Origin: Clostridiales bacterium
Lineage (GTDB): Bacteria; Bacillota; Clostridia; Acetivibrionales; RGIG10202
DNA length: 64,000 nt
Direction: 5' to 3'
Assembly: GCA_017961515.1 (NCBI GenBank)
Contig: JAGCXC010000082.1
Coordinates: 7,092-71,091, forward strand
Shown: piece by piece, positions 38,118 to 48,313 of the stretch
Numbering within the stretch: the stretch's first letter is position 1
How the letters are laid out: each line of letters begins with the position of its first letter
Made by a program: the position numbers and the translations under genes
Notes under the pieces: model-generated
Told to the model about the DNA's origin: nothing
Database searches by the model: none
What the model saw: only the letters and a program-made list of their open reading frames with translations

Positions 38118-40367
38118 ATGAGAGTTGTTCATTTGATAGGTGGAGGAGACGTTGGGGGCGCAAAAATTCATGTGCTTAGTTTGGTAAAGGAACTTAGCAA
38201 GAATATTGATGTTAAGATAATTGCTTTAAGAGAAGGAATTTTTTCAAGAGAAGCCAGGTCTATGGGGTTAGATATTGAAGTAGTAAAGGGCAAGAGTATT
38301 ATTTCCGATTTGCGTAAAGTAATAGAGATAGTTAAGAAGGGCGAGTATGATTTTTTGCATTCACATGGAGCCAAAGCCAATTTGTTTGCAGTTGCGTGTA
38401 AATTTATGACAAAAGTATGTACTATAACGACTGTACACAGCGATTATAGATTAGATTATTTGCAAAGTAAGGTTAAGAAGCTTGTGTATGGTACTATAAA
38501 TGCAATTTCAATAAGATTTTTGCATTTTTATGTTGCTGTGTCTAGCGAATTTAAAGGGATGTTGGTGAATAGGAATTTTCGTGAAGAGAACATATATACT
38601 TTGTATAATGGTATAGATTTTAATTTGCCTGTGGGTAAATATAATAAAGATGTAGTGTGTGAAAAATATGGTCTTAAAATCGATGAAAATGATTATATAG
38701 TCGGAATTTTAGCAAGGTTACATCCAGTTAAGGATATACCTACTTTTCTTGAAGCCTCAGCAAAAGTTTTAAAATCGAGAAAAAATGTAAAGTTTATTAT
38801 AGGTGGAGATGGTGAGCAGAAAGCGTATTTAGAGAAATATGCAAGAAATTTGGGTGTGTTGGATAATGTATATTTTGTAGGCTTTGTTGATAATCCATAT
38901 GAGTTTATGAGTATTGTTGACGTAAATGTGTTAACTTCATTAAGTGAGAGCTTTCCTTATTCTATACTTGAAGGTACAAAGCTTAAAAAGGCTACAATAA
39001 GTACAGACGTTGGTGGTATTTTTGATTTGATAGATCATAATAAAAATGGATATTTGTTTAATGTGGGTGATTATGATCTTTTGGCTAAGTATATTTTAAA
39101 TTTATTGGATGATGATGAATTGCGTAATAGATTTGGTGAGGAGTTAAACAGAAAGGCCAGGAAAGAATTTTCATTAGAGCGAATGGGAGAGACGCAGCTT
39201 AATATTTATTACGAGATAAAGAATAGGGAGAAAGATGTTAGTCACAAAGTAAGTGATAGATACGATGTATTAATATCAGGTTATTATGGTCACAATAACA
39301 TGGGTGATGAGGCAATGCTCGAGGCGATAGTAGATACGCTTAAAAAAGAAAGAAAAAGAATAAAGCTTGCGGTATTATCGCAAAAACCAGAGGAGACGAC
39401 TAAGATACATAATGTGAGGTCCATATATAGATTCAATCTTTTTAGTATATTAAAGATGCTTATGAAAACTGATTTGTATATAAATGGTGGAGGTAGTTTA
39501 ATACAGGATAACACAAGTAATAGATCTTTATACTATTATTTAACTTTGATTGTGTTAGCAAAGTTGACAAGAACTAAGGTTATGATTTATGCTAATGGAA
39601 TAGGTCCAGTTAAAAATAAATTTAATAAGTACATTACAAGAGTTATCTTAAATTTAGTTGATATCATAACAGTAAGAGATGAGAATTCATTAGTAGAGCT
39701 TGAGAAGTTGGGTGTACATGGACCAAAGATAGAGTTGACAGCTGATTGCGCACTAACATTAAAGAGTGTTAGTGATGAGAGAATAAGCGAAATACTAAGA
39801 GAAGAGGGGATAGATGAGAATAGATCGCTTATTGGTTTTTCCATAAGACAATGGGGCGATGACTTAGAGTATTTAAATACAATAGCTAAAGTTGCAGATG
39901 TTGCGTATGAAAAATATGGATTAATGCCAGTATTTATAGCAATGCAGAAGAACAATGACTCTAAAATGAGCGAGCGCATAGTAAAAAAAATGTCGAGCCC
40001 TGCGTATATTGTAAGAGGTAATTATTCGCCAAAGGAGATTTTAGGAATAATAGGACGAGTAGACATATTGATTGGTATGAGGTTGCATGCGTTAGTGTTT
40101 GCATCAATGGAAGCAGTTCCTTGCATAGGTGTTGTATATGAACAAAAAGTAGAGGGATTTGTGAATTACATAAGGCAGATGTCAGCTGGGGATGTAAAAA
40201 AGCTAGAGGCTGGTACATTATGTGAGATGCTAGATGAAGAATGTCAGCACAGGAATATGATGAAAGAATATCTTGTTAGCATAAGAAAAGAGCTTCAGGA
40301 TAAGTCTATAAGAAATGCGAAACTTGCGCTGGAGTTGTTAGATAGGAGGAAAAAAAGAAGGATATGA
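38118..40367 (+). CDS. csaB: Fusion protein: GT4 glycosyltransferase (N-terminal half) plus polysaccharide pyruvyl transferase CsaB (C-terminal half)
   Basis: N-terminal half: MRVVHLIGGGDVGGAKIHV and ESFPYSILEG. C-terminal half: ISGYYGHNNMGDEAML and NGGGSLIQD, typical of CsaB. Confidence 0.85.
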   Translation: MRVVHLIGGGDVGGAKIHVLSLVKELSKNIDVKIIALREGIFSREARSMGLDIEVVKGKSIISDLRKVIEIVKKGEYDFLHSHGAKANLFAVACKFMTKVCTITTVHSDYRLDYLQSKVKKLVYGTINAISIRFLHFYVAVSSEFKGMLVNRNFREENIYTLYNGIDFNLPVGKYNKDVVCEKYGLKIDENDYIVGILARLHPVKDIPTFLEASAKVLKSRKNVKFIIGGDGEQKAYLEKYARNLGVLDNVYFVGFVDNPYEFMSIVDVNVLTSLSESFPYSILEGTKLKKATISTDVGGIFDLIDHNKNGYLFNVGDYDLLAKYILNLLDDDELRNRFGEELNRKARKEFSLERMGETQLNIYYEIKNREKDVSHKVSDRYDVLISGYYGHNNMGDEAMLEAIVDTLKKERKRIKLAVLSQKPEETTKIHNVRSIYRFNLFSILKMLMKTDLYINGGGSLIQDNTSNRSLYYYLTLIVLAKLTRTKVMIYANGIGPVKNKFNKYITRVILNLVDIITVRDENSLVELEKLGVHGPKIELTADCALTLKSVSDERISEILREEGIDENRSLIGFSIRQWGDDLEYLNTIAKVADVAYEKYGLMPVFIAMQKNNDSKMSERIVKKMSSPAYIVRGNYSPKEILGIIGRVDILIGMRLHALVFASMEAVPCIGVVYEQKVEGFVNYIRQMSAGDVKKLEAGTLCEMLDEECQHRNMMKEYLVSIRKELQDKSIRNAKLALELLDRRKKRRI

Positions 40368-41095
40368 GAAAGTGTGTAAGGATATTAGACGTTAATGTTG
40401 ACGATTTAACGATGGATGGGGCTATAGATAGTATTGTTAAGCTTTTAAAAGATGATAAAAACAATATTATATGTACGCCTAATGCAGAAATTATGATGAC
40501 AAGTTATAAAGATGATGAATTAAGATTTATATTAAACGAGTCAAGTATGGTTATTCCTGATGGTTGCGGGGTAGTGTTAGCGTCAAAGATTTTAGGAGTG
40601 CCTCTTAAGGAAAGAGTTGCAGGGTATGATTTAGTGCAGGGAATTTTTAAACTCAAGCTAGATAGAAAGATACGTATGTTTTTGTTAGGAGGTGCACCGC
40701 TAGTAGCAAAAAGAGCAGCGGAAAGATATGCTAATTTGGAAGGAGTAGAATTTGTAGGATATTATGATGGTTACTTTACGGAAGAAGAAGAGCCAGGCAT
40801 AATAGATAGAATAAATGAGCTTGATGTAGATATATTATTAGTTGGTATGGGTGCTCCAAAGCAGGAGAAATGGATGTATAAAAATAAAGATAAACTTAAA
40901 GTAAAAATAAGTATGGGTGTTGGAGGATCTTTTGATATTATGGCAGGAGAAGTAAAAAGAGCTCCAAAGTTTTTCCGGGACAATGGATTAGAGTGGTTTT
41001 ATCGATTATGTAAACAGCCAACTAGATTAAAAAGGATGTTAAAACTACCTAGATTTATTTTGTTGGTTATATATAAAAGATTAGTTAATGGATAA
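40364..41095 (+). CDS. tagA: WecB/TagA/CpsF-family glycosyltransferase
   Basis: 243 aa with TPNAEIMM, IPDGCGVV, LLGG and GMGAPKQEKWM motifs. 4-nt overlap with the upstream gene. Confidence 0.85.
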   Translation: MRKCVRILDVNVDDLTMDGAIDSIVKLLKDDKNNIICTPNAEIMMTSYKDDELRFILNESSMVIPDGCGVVLASKILGVPLKERVAGYDLVQGIFKLKLDRKIRMFLLGGAPLVAKRAAERYANLEGVEFVGYYDGYFTEEEEPGIIDRINELDVDILLVGMGAPKQEKWMYKNKDKLKVKISMGVGGSFDIMAGEVKRAPKFFRDNGLEWFYRLCKQPTRLKRMLKLPRFILLVIYKRLVNG

Positions 41096-41266
41096 TAATA
41101 ATTTTCTTTTGCGTACAAAAATATTATAAAAATAGTGTATGGTGTGAATTTAAGCTATACGCTATTTTGTTTTTGCTGCGTACAATTATATGTATAGATT
41201 TCCCAGATAACATAAATAAATTATATAAAATGACAGTTAAAATTTTAAATTTTTTTGTAAAAACTG

Positions 41267-41295
41267 TTGACAATTGTAATTTAATGTAATATAGT
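41267..41295 (+). promoter_or_regulatory. Sigma-A type promoter of the small peptide gene
   Basis: TTGACA, 17 nt spacer, TATAGT. Confidence 0.6.
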
Positions 41296-41343
41296 GGAAG
41301 TGTGATCACAAAAAAGTAAAAAAATAACATTAGGAGGAGAAAT

Positions 41344-41559
41344 ATGCTTAAAAATGAAATTAATAAAAATTTTGTAGGTATATCTGAAGATATATTGCAG
41401 GATATAAATGGTGGTTTTAGGGGAAACATAAAACAAAGAATACTTGACATAATAGAAATTGTCGATGCAGTGAGGACGCTTTTTATTGATAGCAAAATAA
41501 AAAGAAGGGGTCATGATAAATTCTATAACCCTAGACAAAATTGGGTTAGTGTAGGATAA
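41344..41559 (+). CDS. Double-glycine-leader peptide precursor (71 aa; 24-aa leader plus 47-aa cationic peptide)
   Basis: AGGAGG SD. The leader MLKNEINKNFVGISEDILQDINGG has hydrophobic residues at -4, -7, -12 and -15, Ser at -11 and GG at -2/-1. Confidence 0.65.
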   Translation: MLKNEINKNFVGISEDILQDINGGFRGNIKQRILDIIEIVDAVRTLFIDSKIKRRGHDKFYNPRQNWVSVG

Positions 41560-41573
41560 GGTCATAAGAAGGG

Positions 41574-41625
41574 ATATGTAGGGTAGGTAGTTTTGTGTTC
41601 GGGCTAACGACCTACATATTTTCTT
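41574..41625 (+). terminator. Possible terminator after the peptide gene
   Basis: 9-bp stem atatgtagg / cctacatat with a large 28-nt loop, then tttctt. Confidence 0.4.
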
Positions 41626-41748
41626 AATATATTTTCTGTTAAAGAGGGGCGTTAAGTTTTCGGCCAAGTTATCCAAAAAAAAGTTTATCTGGCAAATCTA
41701 ACGTAATAGTGATATAATTTTATATTGTAAGTAGTAGTTATAGAAAGG

Positions 41749-43629
41749 ATGAAATATTTTAAGTTTATGTTAGAAAAAATTAATTGCCCAGGTGATATAA
41801 AGGGGCTTAGCAAGGATGAACTAAATATACTTGCAAAAGAGATACGGGAATTTTTAGTAAAACACGTATCTAAGACGGGAGGTCACTTAGCATCTAATTT
41901 AGGAGTAGTAGAAATTACTTTGGCGTTGCACAAAGTATTTGACACACCAAAGGATAAATTTATATGGGATGTTGGACATCAAAGTTATGTACATAAAATA
42001 TTGACAGGCAGGAAGGATAAGTTTGATAAGCTAAGACAGATAGATGGGATAGCTGGTTTTCCAAAGATATCTGAGAGTGAGCATGATGCGGCCAATACTG
42101 GGCATAGTAGTACGTCTATATCACAGGCGTTGGGAATGGCTAAAGCTAGAGATTTAAACAAAGAGGACAATAATGTAGTTGCGATAATTGGTGACGGAGC
42201 GCTAACAGGAGGAATATCATATGAAGCGCTAAATCATGCAGGCAAGGCCAATACTAGCTTCATAGTTGTGTTGAATGACAATGAGATGTCGATATCAAAA
42301 AATGTTGGAGGTATGCCAGAGTACCTTAACAAAATACGGACTCAGCCAATATATTTTAAGGTTAAGGAAGATATAGATGTTTTTTTAGATAAAATTCCTG
42401 CAATAGGAGAAACGGCAAAGAAAGCGTTGAAGAAAGTTAAGGGATCAATAAAGTATATGGTGATGCCAGGTATAATATTTGAAGAATTAGGGTTTAAGTA
42501 CCTAGGACCAGTAAATGGGCATGATATAGGTAGTCTTCTTAAGGTATTAGAACAAGCAAAAGGCATCAAGGGACCAGTTATAATACATGCTATTACTAAA
42601 AAAGGCGAAGGATATAAATTTGCAGAGGAAAATCCTGATAAGTTTCATGGGATAGGGGCTTTTGATGTAGATACGGGAGAGACAGTATGTAAGAGAAAAG
42701 ATAGTTATTCTAAGGTATTTGGAGAGAGTTTATTAGATATAGCAAGAGTTAATCCGAAGGTTGTTGCAATTTCTGCAGCAATGCCAGGAGGAACAAAAAC
42801 AGATATGTTTGCAGCGGAATATCCAGAAAGATTTTTCGATGTAGGAATAGCTGAACAGCATGCAGTTACATTTGCAGCAGGTATGGCAAGTGGAGGCATG
42901 GTACCTGTGTGTGCGATATATTCATCTTTTTTTCAAAGGGCATATGATCAGATATTACATGATGTAGCTTTGCCTAATTTGCATGTAGTATTTGCAGTGG
43001 ATAGAGCAGGTGTTGTTGGGGAAGATGGAGAGACGCATCAAGGTATATATGATATGTCGTATTTTAGAAATGTACCTAATTTGACAATACTTGCGCCAAT
43101 TGATTATAAAGAGCTTCGTTGTATGATGGATTTTGCGATAAATGAAGTTCATGGACCCGTTGCAGTGCGCTACCCTAGAGGGAGTGGAGAAGAGGAGCTT
43201 GTGCCATATCAACCGATAGAGTATCAAAAAGGAGTAAAGCTTAGCAATGGTAACGATGTCTTTATAGTGGGGATAGGACGAATGGTTAGTGTGGCGTTGT
43301 CGGTTAAGGATAGATTAGAGAAGTTGGGTCTTAGTGTGTCGGTAGTTAATGCCAGATTTGTAAAGCCACTTGATGAAGAACTAATATGTAAAGAAGCGAT
43401 TAAGTGCGATAATATTTTTTTGATAGAAGATAATGTAGAGTGTGGAGGTTTTGGAAGTGGCGTACTTGAGATGTTATCTAAAAGAAGAATATATATTAAA
43501 AATAAAATTTTTGCATGGCCAGACAAACCACTTGAGCAAGGTGCATGTGACAAATTATTTGAGAGATACAATTTGACAGACCAAGCGATAGCAAATGATA
43601 TATTGAATATATTAGGAAAAGGTGTGTAA
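41749..43629 (+). CDS. dxs: 1-deoxy-D-xylulose-5-phosphate synthase
   Basis: GGHLASNLGVVE, GHSSTSISQALGMA and GDGALTGG motifs. Confidence 0.95.
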   Translation: MKYFKFMLEKINCPGDIKGLSKDELNILAKEIREFLVKHVSKTGGHLASNLGVVEITLALHKVFDTPKDKFIWDVGHQSYVHKILTGRKDKFDKLRQIDGIAGFPKISESEHDAANTGHSSTSISQALGMAKARDLNKEDNNVVAIIGDGALTGGISYEALNHAGKANTSFIVVLNDNEMSISKNVGGMPEYLNKIRTQPIYFKVKEDIDVFLDKIPAIGETAKKALKKVKGSIKYMVMPGIIFEELGFKYLGPVNGHDIGSLLKVLEQAKGIKGPVIIHAITKKGEGYKFAEENPDKFHGIGAFDVDTGETVCKRKDSYSKVFGESLLDIARVNPKVVAISAAMPGGTKTDMFAAEYPERFFDVGIAEQHAVTFAAGMASGGMVPVCAIYSSFFQRAYDQILHDVALPNLHVVFAVDRAGVVGEDGETHQGIYDMSYFRNVPNLTILAPIDYKELRCMMDFAINEVHGPVAVRYPRGSGEEELVPYQPIEYQKGVKLSNGNDVFIVGIGRMVSVALSVKDRLEKLGLSVSVVNARFVKPLDEELICKEAIKCDNIFLIEDNVECGGFGSGVLEMLSKRRIYIKNKIFAWPDKPLEQGACDKLFERYNLTDQAIANDILNILGKGV

Positions 43630-43630
43630 T

Positions 43631-44437
43631 ATGACAGAAAAAGAAAGACTAGATATAATTTTAGTTAAGAGAGGATTTATGCAGAGTAGAGAACGTGCCA
43701 GAGGTGCAATAATGGCGGGACATGTTTTTGTTGATGGACAAAAAGAACAGAAATGTGGTGCGAAATTTAGCATGGATTGTAGTATAGAAGTAAAAGAAAA
43801 GCAAAATCCGTACGTTAGTAGAGGTGGTCTTAAAATTCATAAAGGGATAGAGAAATTTGGTATAGATCTTTGTGATAAAATATGTATGGATATAGGAGCA
43901 TCAACGGGAGGATTCACTGATTGTATGCTAAAGCATGGTGCATCAAAAGTGTATGCAGTTGATGTAGGTTATGGACAATTGGCATGGGAGCTAAGACAGG
44001 ATAGTAGGGTTGTGTGTATGGAGAGAACAAATATACGATATCTTGAGCCAGAGAAGTTGCAGGAGTTAGTTGACTTTGTGTCAGTTGATGTATCATTTAT
44101 TTCACTAAAGAAGGTTTTACCAAATGCAATAAATTTATCTACAAAGAATGCAAGTATGTTGTGTCTTATAAAACCCCAGTTTGAGGCTGGGCGTGATAAA
44201 GTAGGCAAGAAGGGCGTTGTAAGAGATAAGGATGTGCATAAGGAAGTGATATACGATATAGTAAATTTTGCGGTGGAAAATCATTTTAATATATTAGGAC
44301 TAGATTTTTCGCCTATAAAAGGGCCAGAAGGGAATATAGAGTACCTTATATATATACAAAAAAATAGTGAGAACGAGTGTGATGTAAGTGCATTAGTGGG
44401 GAAAATAGTTGATTGTGCGCATGAGACTCTAAATTAG
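43631..44437 (+). CDS. tlyA: TlyA-family rRNA 2'-O-methyltransferase
   Basis: S4-like RLDIILVKRGF..SRERA and the FtsJ motif DIGASTGGFTDC. Confidence 0.85.
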   Translation: MTEKERLDIILVKRGFMQSRERARGAIMAGHVFVDGQKEQKCGAKFSMDCSIEVKEKQNPYVSRGGLKIHKGIEKFGIDLCDKICMDIGASTGGFTDCMLKHGASKVYAVDVGYGQLAWELRQDSRVVCMERTNIRYLEPEKLQELVDFVSVDVSFISLKKVLPNAINLSTKNASMLCLIKPQFEAGRDKVGKKGVVRDKDVHKEVIYDIVNFAVENHFNILGLDFSPIKGPEGNIEYLIYIQKNSENECDVSALVGKIVDCAHETLN

Positions 44438-44449
44438 AAGGGGATTATT

Positions 44450-45244
44450 ATGGATATAGGTGTATTGGTGAACGAAGCCAAGGATGAGAATAGGGTGTAT
44501 ACAAATTTATTATGTGATATAATAAGAAAGTATAAGCTTAATGTGTCGATAATAACGGATGGTGATAATTGTAGTATATTTGATATTATTATGTCAGTTG
44601 GTGGTGACGGGACCCTGATAAAGACTGCTAAGATTGGCGCAAAATACAATAAACCTATTGTTGGAGTAAATTTGGGTAAACTTGGTTTTCTAGCTAAGAT
44701 TGATAAAGATGATATAGAAAGCTATATAAAAAGAATATCTAATGGCGATTATACATTGCAAAAGAGAAAATTGATAAATATGAATATTATAAGAGAAGGG
44801 GAAAAAGTTGTTGATGATATAGCGTTAAATGATGTTGTGGTGTCTAGAAAGTTAGTGTCTAGAGGTATTAGAATAAATACATACATAGATGATATGTTTA
44901 TTAATAATTATTTTGCAGATGGAGTGATTGTTTCGACACCATTAGGATCAACAGCGTATTCTTTGTCAGCAGGTGGTCCGATTGTTGATGCAAGAGCAGA
45001 TGTTTTGGTAATTACACCAATATGTCCACATTCGTTTAGTGTGAGGCCATACATAGCTTATTGCAATAGTGAGATTAAGATTACATTAGATTTAAAACCT
45101 AATCAACATGGGGTTTTGATAGTAGATGGTAGTGAAAGTTGTAGTGTTTGTCAAGATGATGTTGTTTTGATTAAGGAATCAGAAAAGTATGCAACATTTA
45201 TTAATTTTGGCAATGAAAACTATTTTGATAAATTGACGAGGTGA
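44450..45244 (+). CDS. nadK: NAD kinase
   Basis: GGDGT motif and STPLGSTAYSLSAGGPI. Confidence 0.9.
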   Translation: MDIGVLVNEAKDENRVYTNLLCDIIRKYKLNVSIITDGDNCSIFDIIMSVGGDGTLIKTAKIGAKYNKPIVGVNLGKLGFLAKIDKDDIESYIKRISNGDYTLQKRKLINMNIIREGEKVVDDIALNDVVVSRKLVSRGIRINTYIDDMFINNYFADGVIVSTPLGSTAYSLSAGGPIVDARADVLVITPICPHSFSVRPYIAYCNSEIKITLDLKPNQHGVLIVDGSESCSVCQDDVVLIKESEKYATFINFGNENYFDKLTR

Positions 45245-45249
45245 GGGAT

Positions 45250-46962
45250 ATGTTAAGTTTCTTAGAAATACAGAACGTAGCTATAATAGATAAGATAAGT
45301 ATAGAGTTTGGAGAAGGGCTCAATGTTATGACAGGAGAGACAGGAGCAGGAAAATCTATCATAATAAATTCTATAAATGCTATACTTGGGGAACGCATAT
45401 CCAAAGATGTTATACGTGCTGGGGAAGAGTTAGCGAAAGTTACGGCGGTATTCTACACTAAGTCTTATAAAGTAAAAGAGATGTTAAAGGAGTTAGACAT
45501 ACCACTTGAGGAAGATGGAACGCTAATAGTTATGCGTGAAATTTATTTGTCGGGGAGGAATGTTTGCAGGATTAATCATAAGATAGTTACGTTGTCGGTG
45601 TTAAAAAAGATTGGCGAGTATATAATAAACATACATGGGCAAAACGATAATAAAGATTTGATTGAGGCTAAGCGACATATAGGATTATTGGATTTATTTA
45701 TTGGGAAGAAGATAACAAGTCTTAGGAATGAGTATCAACAAAAACTTTGTGAATTAAAGAATGAGAGAGAAGCATTGTGTGTCCGAGTTGGCAAAAGAGA
45801 AGAGCGCGAGAGAAAAATTGATTTACTAAAGTATCAACTAACAGAAATAGAAGAAGCTAATTTAATGATTGGGGAAGATGAAGAATTAGAGAAGAAGCGT
45901 GCTATAGTAGCGAATACTGAGAAAATAAAGATGGTGTTGGCAATGACAAATGATGTACTTTGTAGTGACGGTGGGCTGCGTGATTTGGTTAAGGGTATGG
46001 CGAATAACATTGGCCAAATAGCAGATTTAGATGAGGGATATCGTAAGATATCGGAGGCTGTAAACAGTGTGTCATATCAATTAGACGATGTTGCAGATGA
46101 TGTGAGATGTAGACTAGAGGATTTATTTTTTGATGAGAATGAGCAAGAAATGATAGATGAGAGAATAGATTTAATTGTACGGCTAAAACGCAAGTATGGC
46201 AGTAGTATAGAGGATATTTTAAATTATATGGATGAATGTAGAAAAAGTCTTGATGAGTTGATAAATAGTGAGGAATATATAAAAAAATCACAGCAAGAGA
46301 TAGAGGCATTAAACAAGGAATTATATAGACTTTCGATGGACATGCATGATATAAGATTTGAGTATGCAAAAGTACTTCAAGAGAGGGTGACAAATGAGTT
46401 ACAGGATCTTGAGATGAGAGATAGTAATTTTAGTGTAAGGGTTGATGTCGCAAAAGATATGGATGAAGACGGAATATATAATTTTAATAGTAATGGATTA
46501 GATAAGGTAGAATTTTTTATATCGACCAACAAGGGACAAAAGGAAAAACAGCTAGTAAAGATTGCTTCTGGTGGAGAAATGTCTAGGGTTATGCTTGCAA
46601 TAAAGAGTATTATTTTAGATAAAGATAATTTGGAGAGTATTATATTTGATGAAATCGACACAGGAATAAGTGGTAGAGCGGCACAAAAAGTTGGAGAGAA
46701 ATTGTCGGTGCTGTCAGGAATGCATCAAATAATATGTATAACACATTTGTCTCAAATAGCTACTATGGCTGATAATCACTATATAATTGAGAAAAATAGT
46801 AGCAAAGATGAAACAAAGACTAGTGTGCGAAAACTGTCAGAAGATGGTAGGACAAGAGAGGTAGCAAGGATAATTGGTGGTGCTAATATATCGGATATAA
46901 CAATGAAAAATGCGAGAGAGATGATTAAAATAGCAAATGATTGGAAGCGTATCTTGCAGTAA
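45250..46962 (+). CDS. recN: DNA repair protein RecN
   Basis: Starts MLSFLEIQNVAIID, Walker A GETGAGKSI, C-terminal SGGEMSRVMLA. SD gaggtgaggg. Confidence 0.9.
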   Translation: MLSFLEIQNVAIIDKISIEFGEGLNVMTGETGAGKSIIINSINAILGERISKDVIRAGEELAKVTAVFYTKSYKVKEMLKELDIPLEEDGTLIVMREIYLSGRNVCRINHKIVTLSVLKKIGEYIINIHGQNDNKDLIEAKRHIGLLDLFIGKKITSLRNEYQQKLCELKNEREALCVRVGKREERERKIDLLKYQLTEIEEANLMIGEDEELEKKRAIVANTEKIKMVLAMTNDVLCSDGGLRDLVKGMANNIGQIADLDEGYRKISEAVNSVSYQLDDVADDVRCRLEDLFFDENEQEMIDERIDLIVRLKRKYGSSIEDILNYMDECRKSLDELINSEEYIKKSQQEIEALNKELYRLSMDMHDIRFEYAKVLQERVTNELQDLEMRDSNFSVRVDVAKDMDEDGIYNFNSNGLDKVEFFISTNKGQKEKQLVKIASGGEMSRVMLAIKSIILDKDNLESIIFDEIDTGISGRAAQKVGEKLSVLSGMHQIICITHLSQIATMADNHYIIEKNSSKDETKTSVRKLSEDGRTREVARIIGGANISDITMKNAREMIKIANDWKRILQ

Positions 46963-47332
46963 ATAATGAACAGACATTATTTGTGATTTGTTGCAAAAAC
47001 ATAAGAGAAAAAATATGTCAACATGATAAACTGTATATAGAATGAAGTTATAAGGCGAAGAAAATACGTCATACTAGATTTGGCATTAATAATATAAGCT
47101 GCCTACTTTTTCACAACAACCAACTCCTTCTAAACATATCATAGTTGCTTTAACTATAATCTCATTGTAACATCTTTGTATAAAAAGTTACTTTTGTAGA
47201 GAAAAATCTTCTTAGAATGAGCGGGCATTATCAGGTATATTTGATATTAATTTCCCAATATCTTGATCAATTAATATCATTATTGTAGCATAATACTTTG
47301 TAGAGTTGTTTTGTGTAGACAAAAAATTAATT

Positions 47333-47362
47333 TTGACAAGTTGTAGTACAGTAAATTATAAT
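47333..47362 (+). promoter_or_regulatory. Sigma-A type promoter of rluB
   Basis: TTGACA, 18 nt spacer, TATAAT. Confidence 0.6.
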
Positions 47363-47397
47363 ATCTTGGTAAAAAATATTTTATAAGGAGTAGAGCT

Positions 47398-48126
47398 ATG
47401 GAAGGGATAAGACTTAATTCATACATAGCCCGATGTGGTGTTGCATCGCGCAGGAAGGCGGATTGTTTAATACGGGATGGGCATGTCTTTGTAAATGGAG
47501 AAAAAGTGTCAGACATGGGCATTAAAGTTACAACAAAGGATGTTGTTAAAGTTGACGGGAAGATCATAAAAATGCCATGCGACAAAGTTTATATATTGCT
47601 AAACAAGCCTACTGGGGTTATAACTTCTTGCAAAGACCAATTTGATAGACCTACTGTCATTGATATTGTAGGAGATATCGGTGTTAGGCTTCATACAGTA
47701 GGCAGGCTAGATTATGATACATCGGGGCTAATCATTTTAACTAATGATGGGGAACTTACTAATATGTTGACACATCCTAAGTATCATGTTGAAAAAACAT
47801 ATGTAGCAAAAGTTAAGGGACAATTGACTAATCAGGATGTATATCAACTTGAAAATGGAATAGTGATAGATGATGAATATAAAACCTTGCCAGCTAGAAT
47901 AAAAATTCTACAGAAAAATAAAGATACTACTAGAGTGAAAATTGTTATTAGAGAAGGGAAAAATAGACAGATAAGAAAAATGTTTAAAAACATAGGACAC
48001 AAAGTGCTTTTACTTGAGCGAGTACAGATAGGGAATATAAAAATAAACGATTTAAAAAAAGGAGAGTTTAGATATTTAAGTAAACAAGAAGCATATGGGA
48101 TAATAAAACCCCTAAGTATATCATAA
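47398..48126 (+). CDS. rluB: Pseudouridine synthase (RsuA/RluB family)
   Basis: S4 domain RLNSYIARCGVASRRKAD and catalytic GRLDYDTSGL. Confidence 0.85.
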   Translation: MEGIRLNSYIARCGVASRRKADCLIRDGHVFVNGEKVSDMGIKVTTKDVVKVDGKIIKMPCDKVYILLNKPTGVITSCKDQFDRPTVIDIVGDIGVRLHTVGRLDYDTSGLIILTNDGELTNMLTHPKYHVEKTYVAKVKGQLTNQDVYQLENGIVIDDEYKTLPARIKILQKNKDTTRVKIVIREGKNRQIRKMFKNIGHKVLLLERVQIGNIKINDLKKGEFRYLSKQEAYGIIKPLSIS

Positions 48127-48189
48127 ATAGTGGGTATAAGGCAATAAGTAAATTCAACAATAAAAGGTCATGATATCAAGAATATTTTG

Positions 48190-48219
48190 TTGACATCAAC
48201 AGCAATACTATGATAAAAT
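48190..48219 (+). promoter_or_regulatory. Extended -10 promoter upstream of the pullulanase leader
   Basis: TTGACA, 18 nt spacer including TGa, then TAAAAT. Confidence 0.55.
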
Positions 48220-48283
48220 TTTACATTGTAGGAGGTTTATTTATAAAAATGTCATAGTTTGCATAATAATGGTTATGCTTTAA

Positions 48284-48313
48284 GGGCAGTTTGTAGGACT
48301 GTCTGCTTTTGTT
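48284..48313 (+). promoter_or_regulatory. Terminator-like hairpin inside the pullulanase leader
   Basis: gggcagt / actgtct (two G:U pairs), 7-nt loop, then gcttttgtt. Confidence 0.35.

Noticed and set aside
41111-41185. Direct repeat gcgtacaa (41111 and 41178) upstream of the GG-peptide promoter, considered as LytTR-type regulator sites
   Set aside because: It is only 8 nt long with 67-nt spacing, whereas 9-nt repeats spaced about 21 nt are expected. A match this short is expected by chance in this interval.
46963-47332. 370-nt non-coding gap after recN, where spoIVB would be expected, with an SD-like gaaggag plus GTG on the minus strand
   Set aside because: The candidate start is followed by a stop after 3 codons, and no frame gives SpoIVB-like or any extended translation. 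It is probably a decayed spacer.
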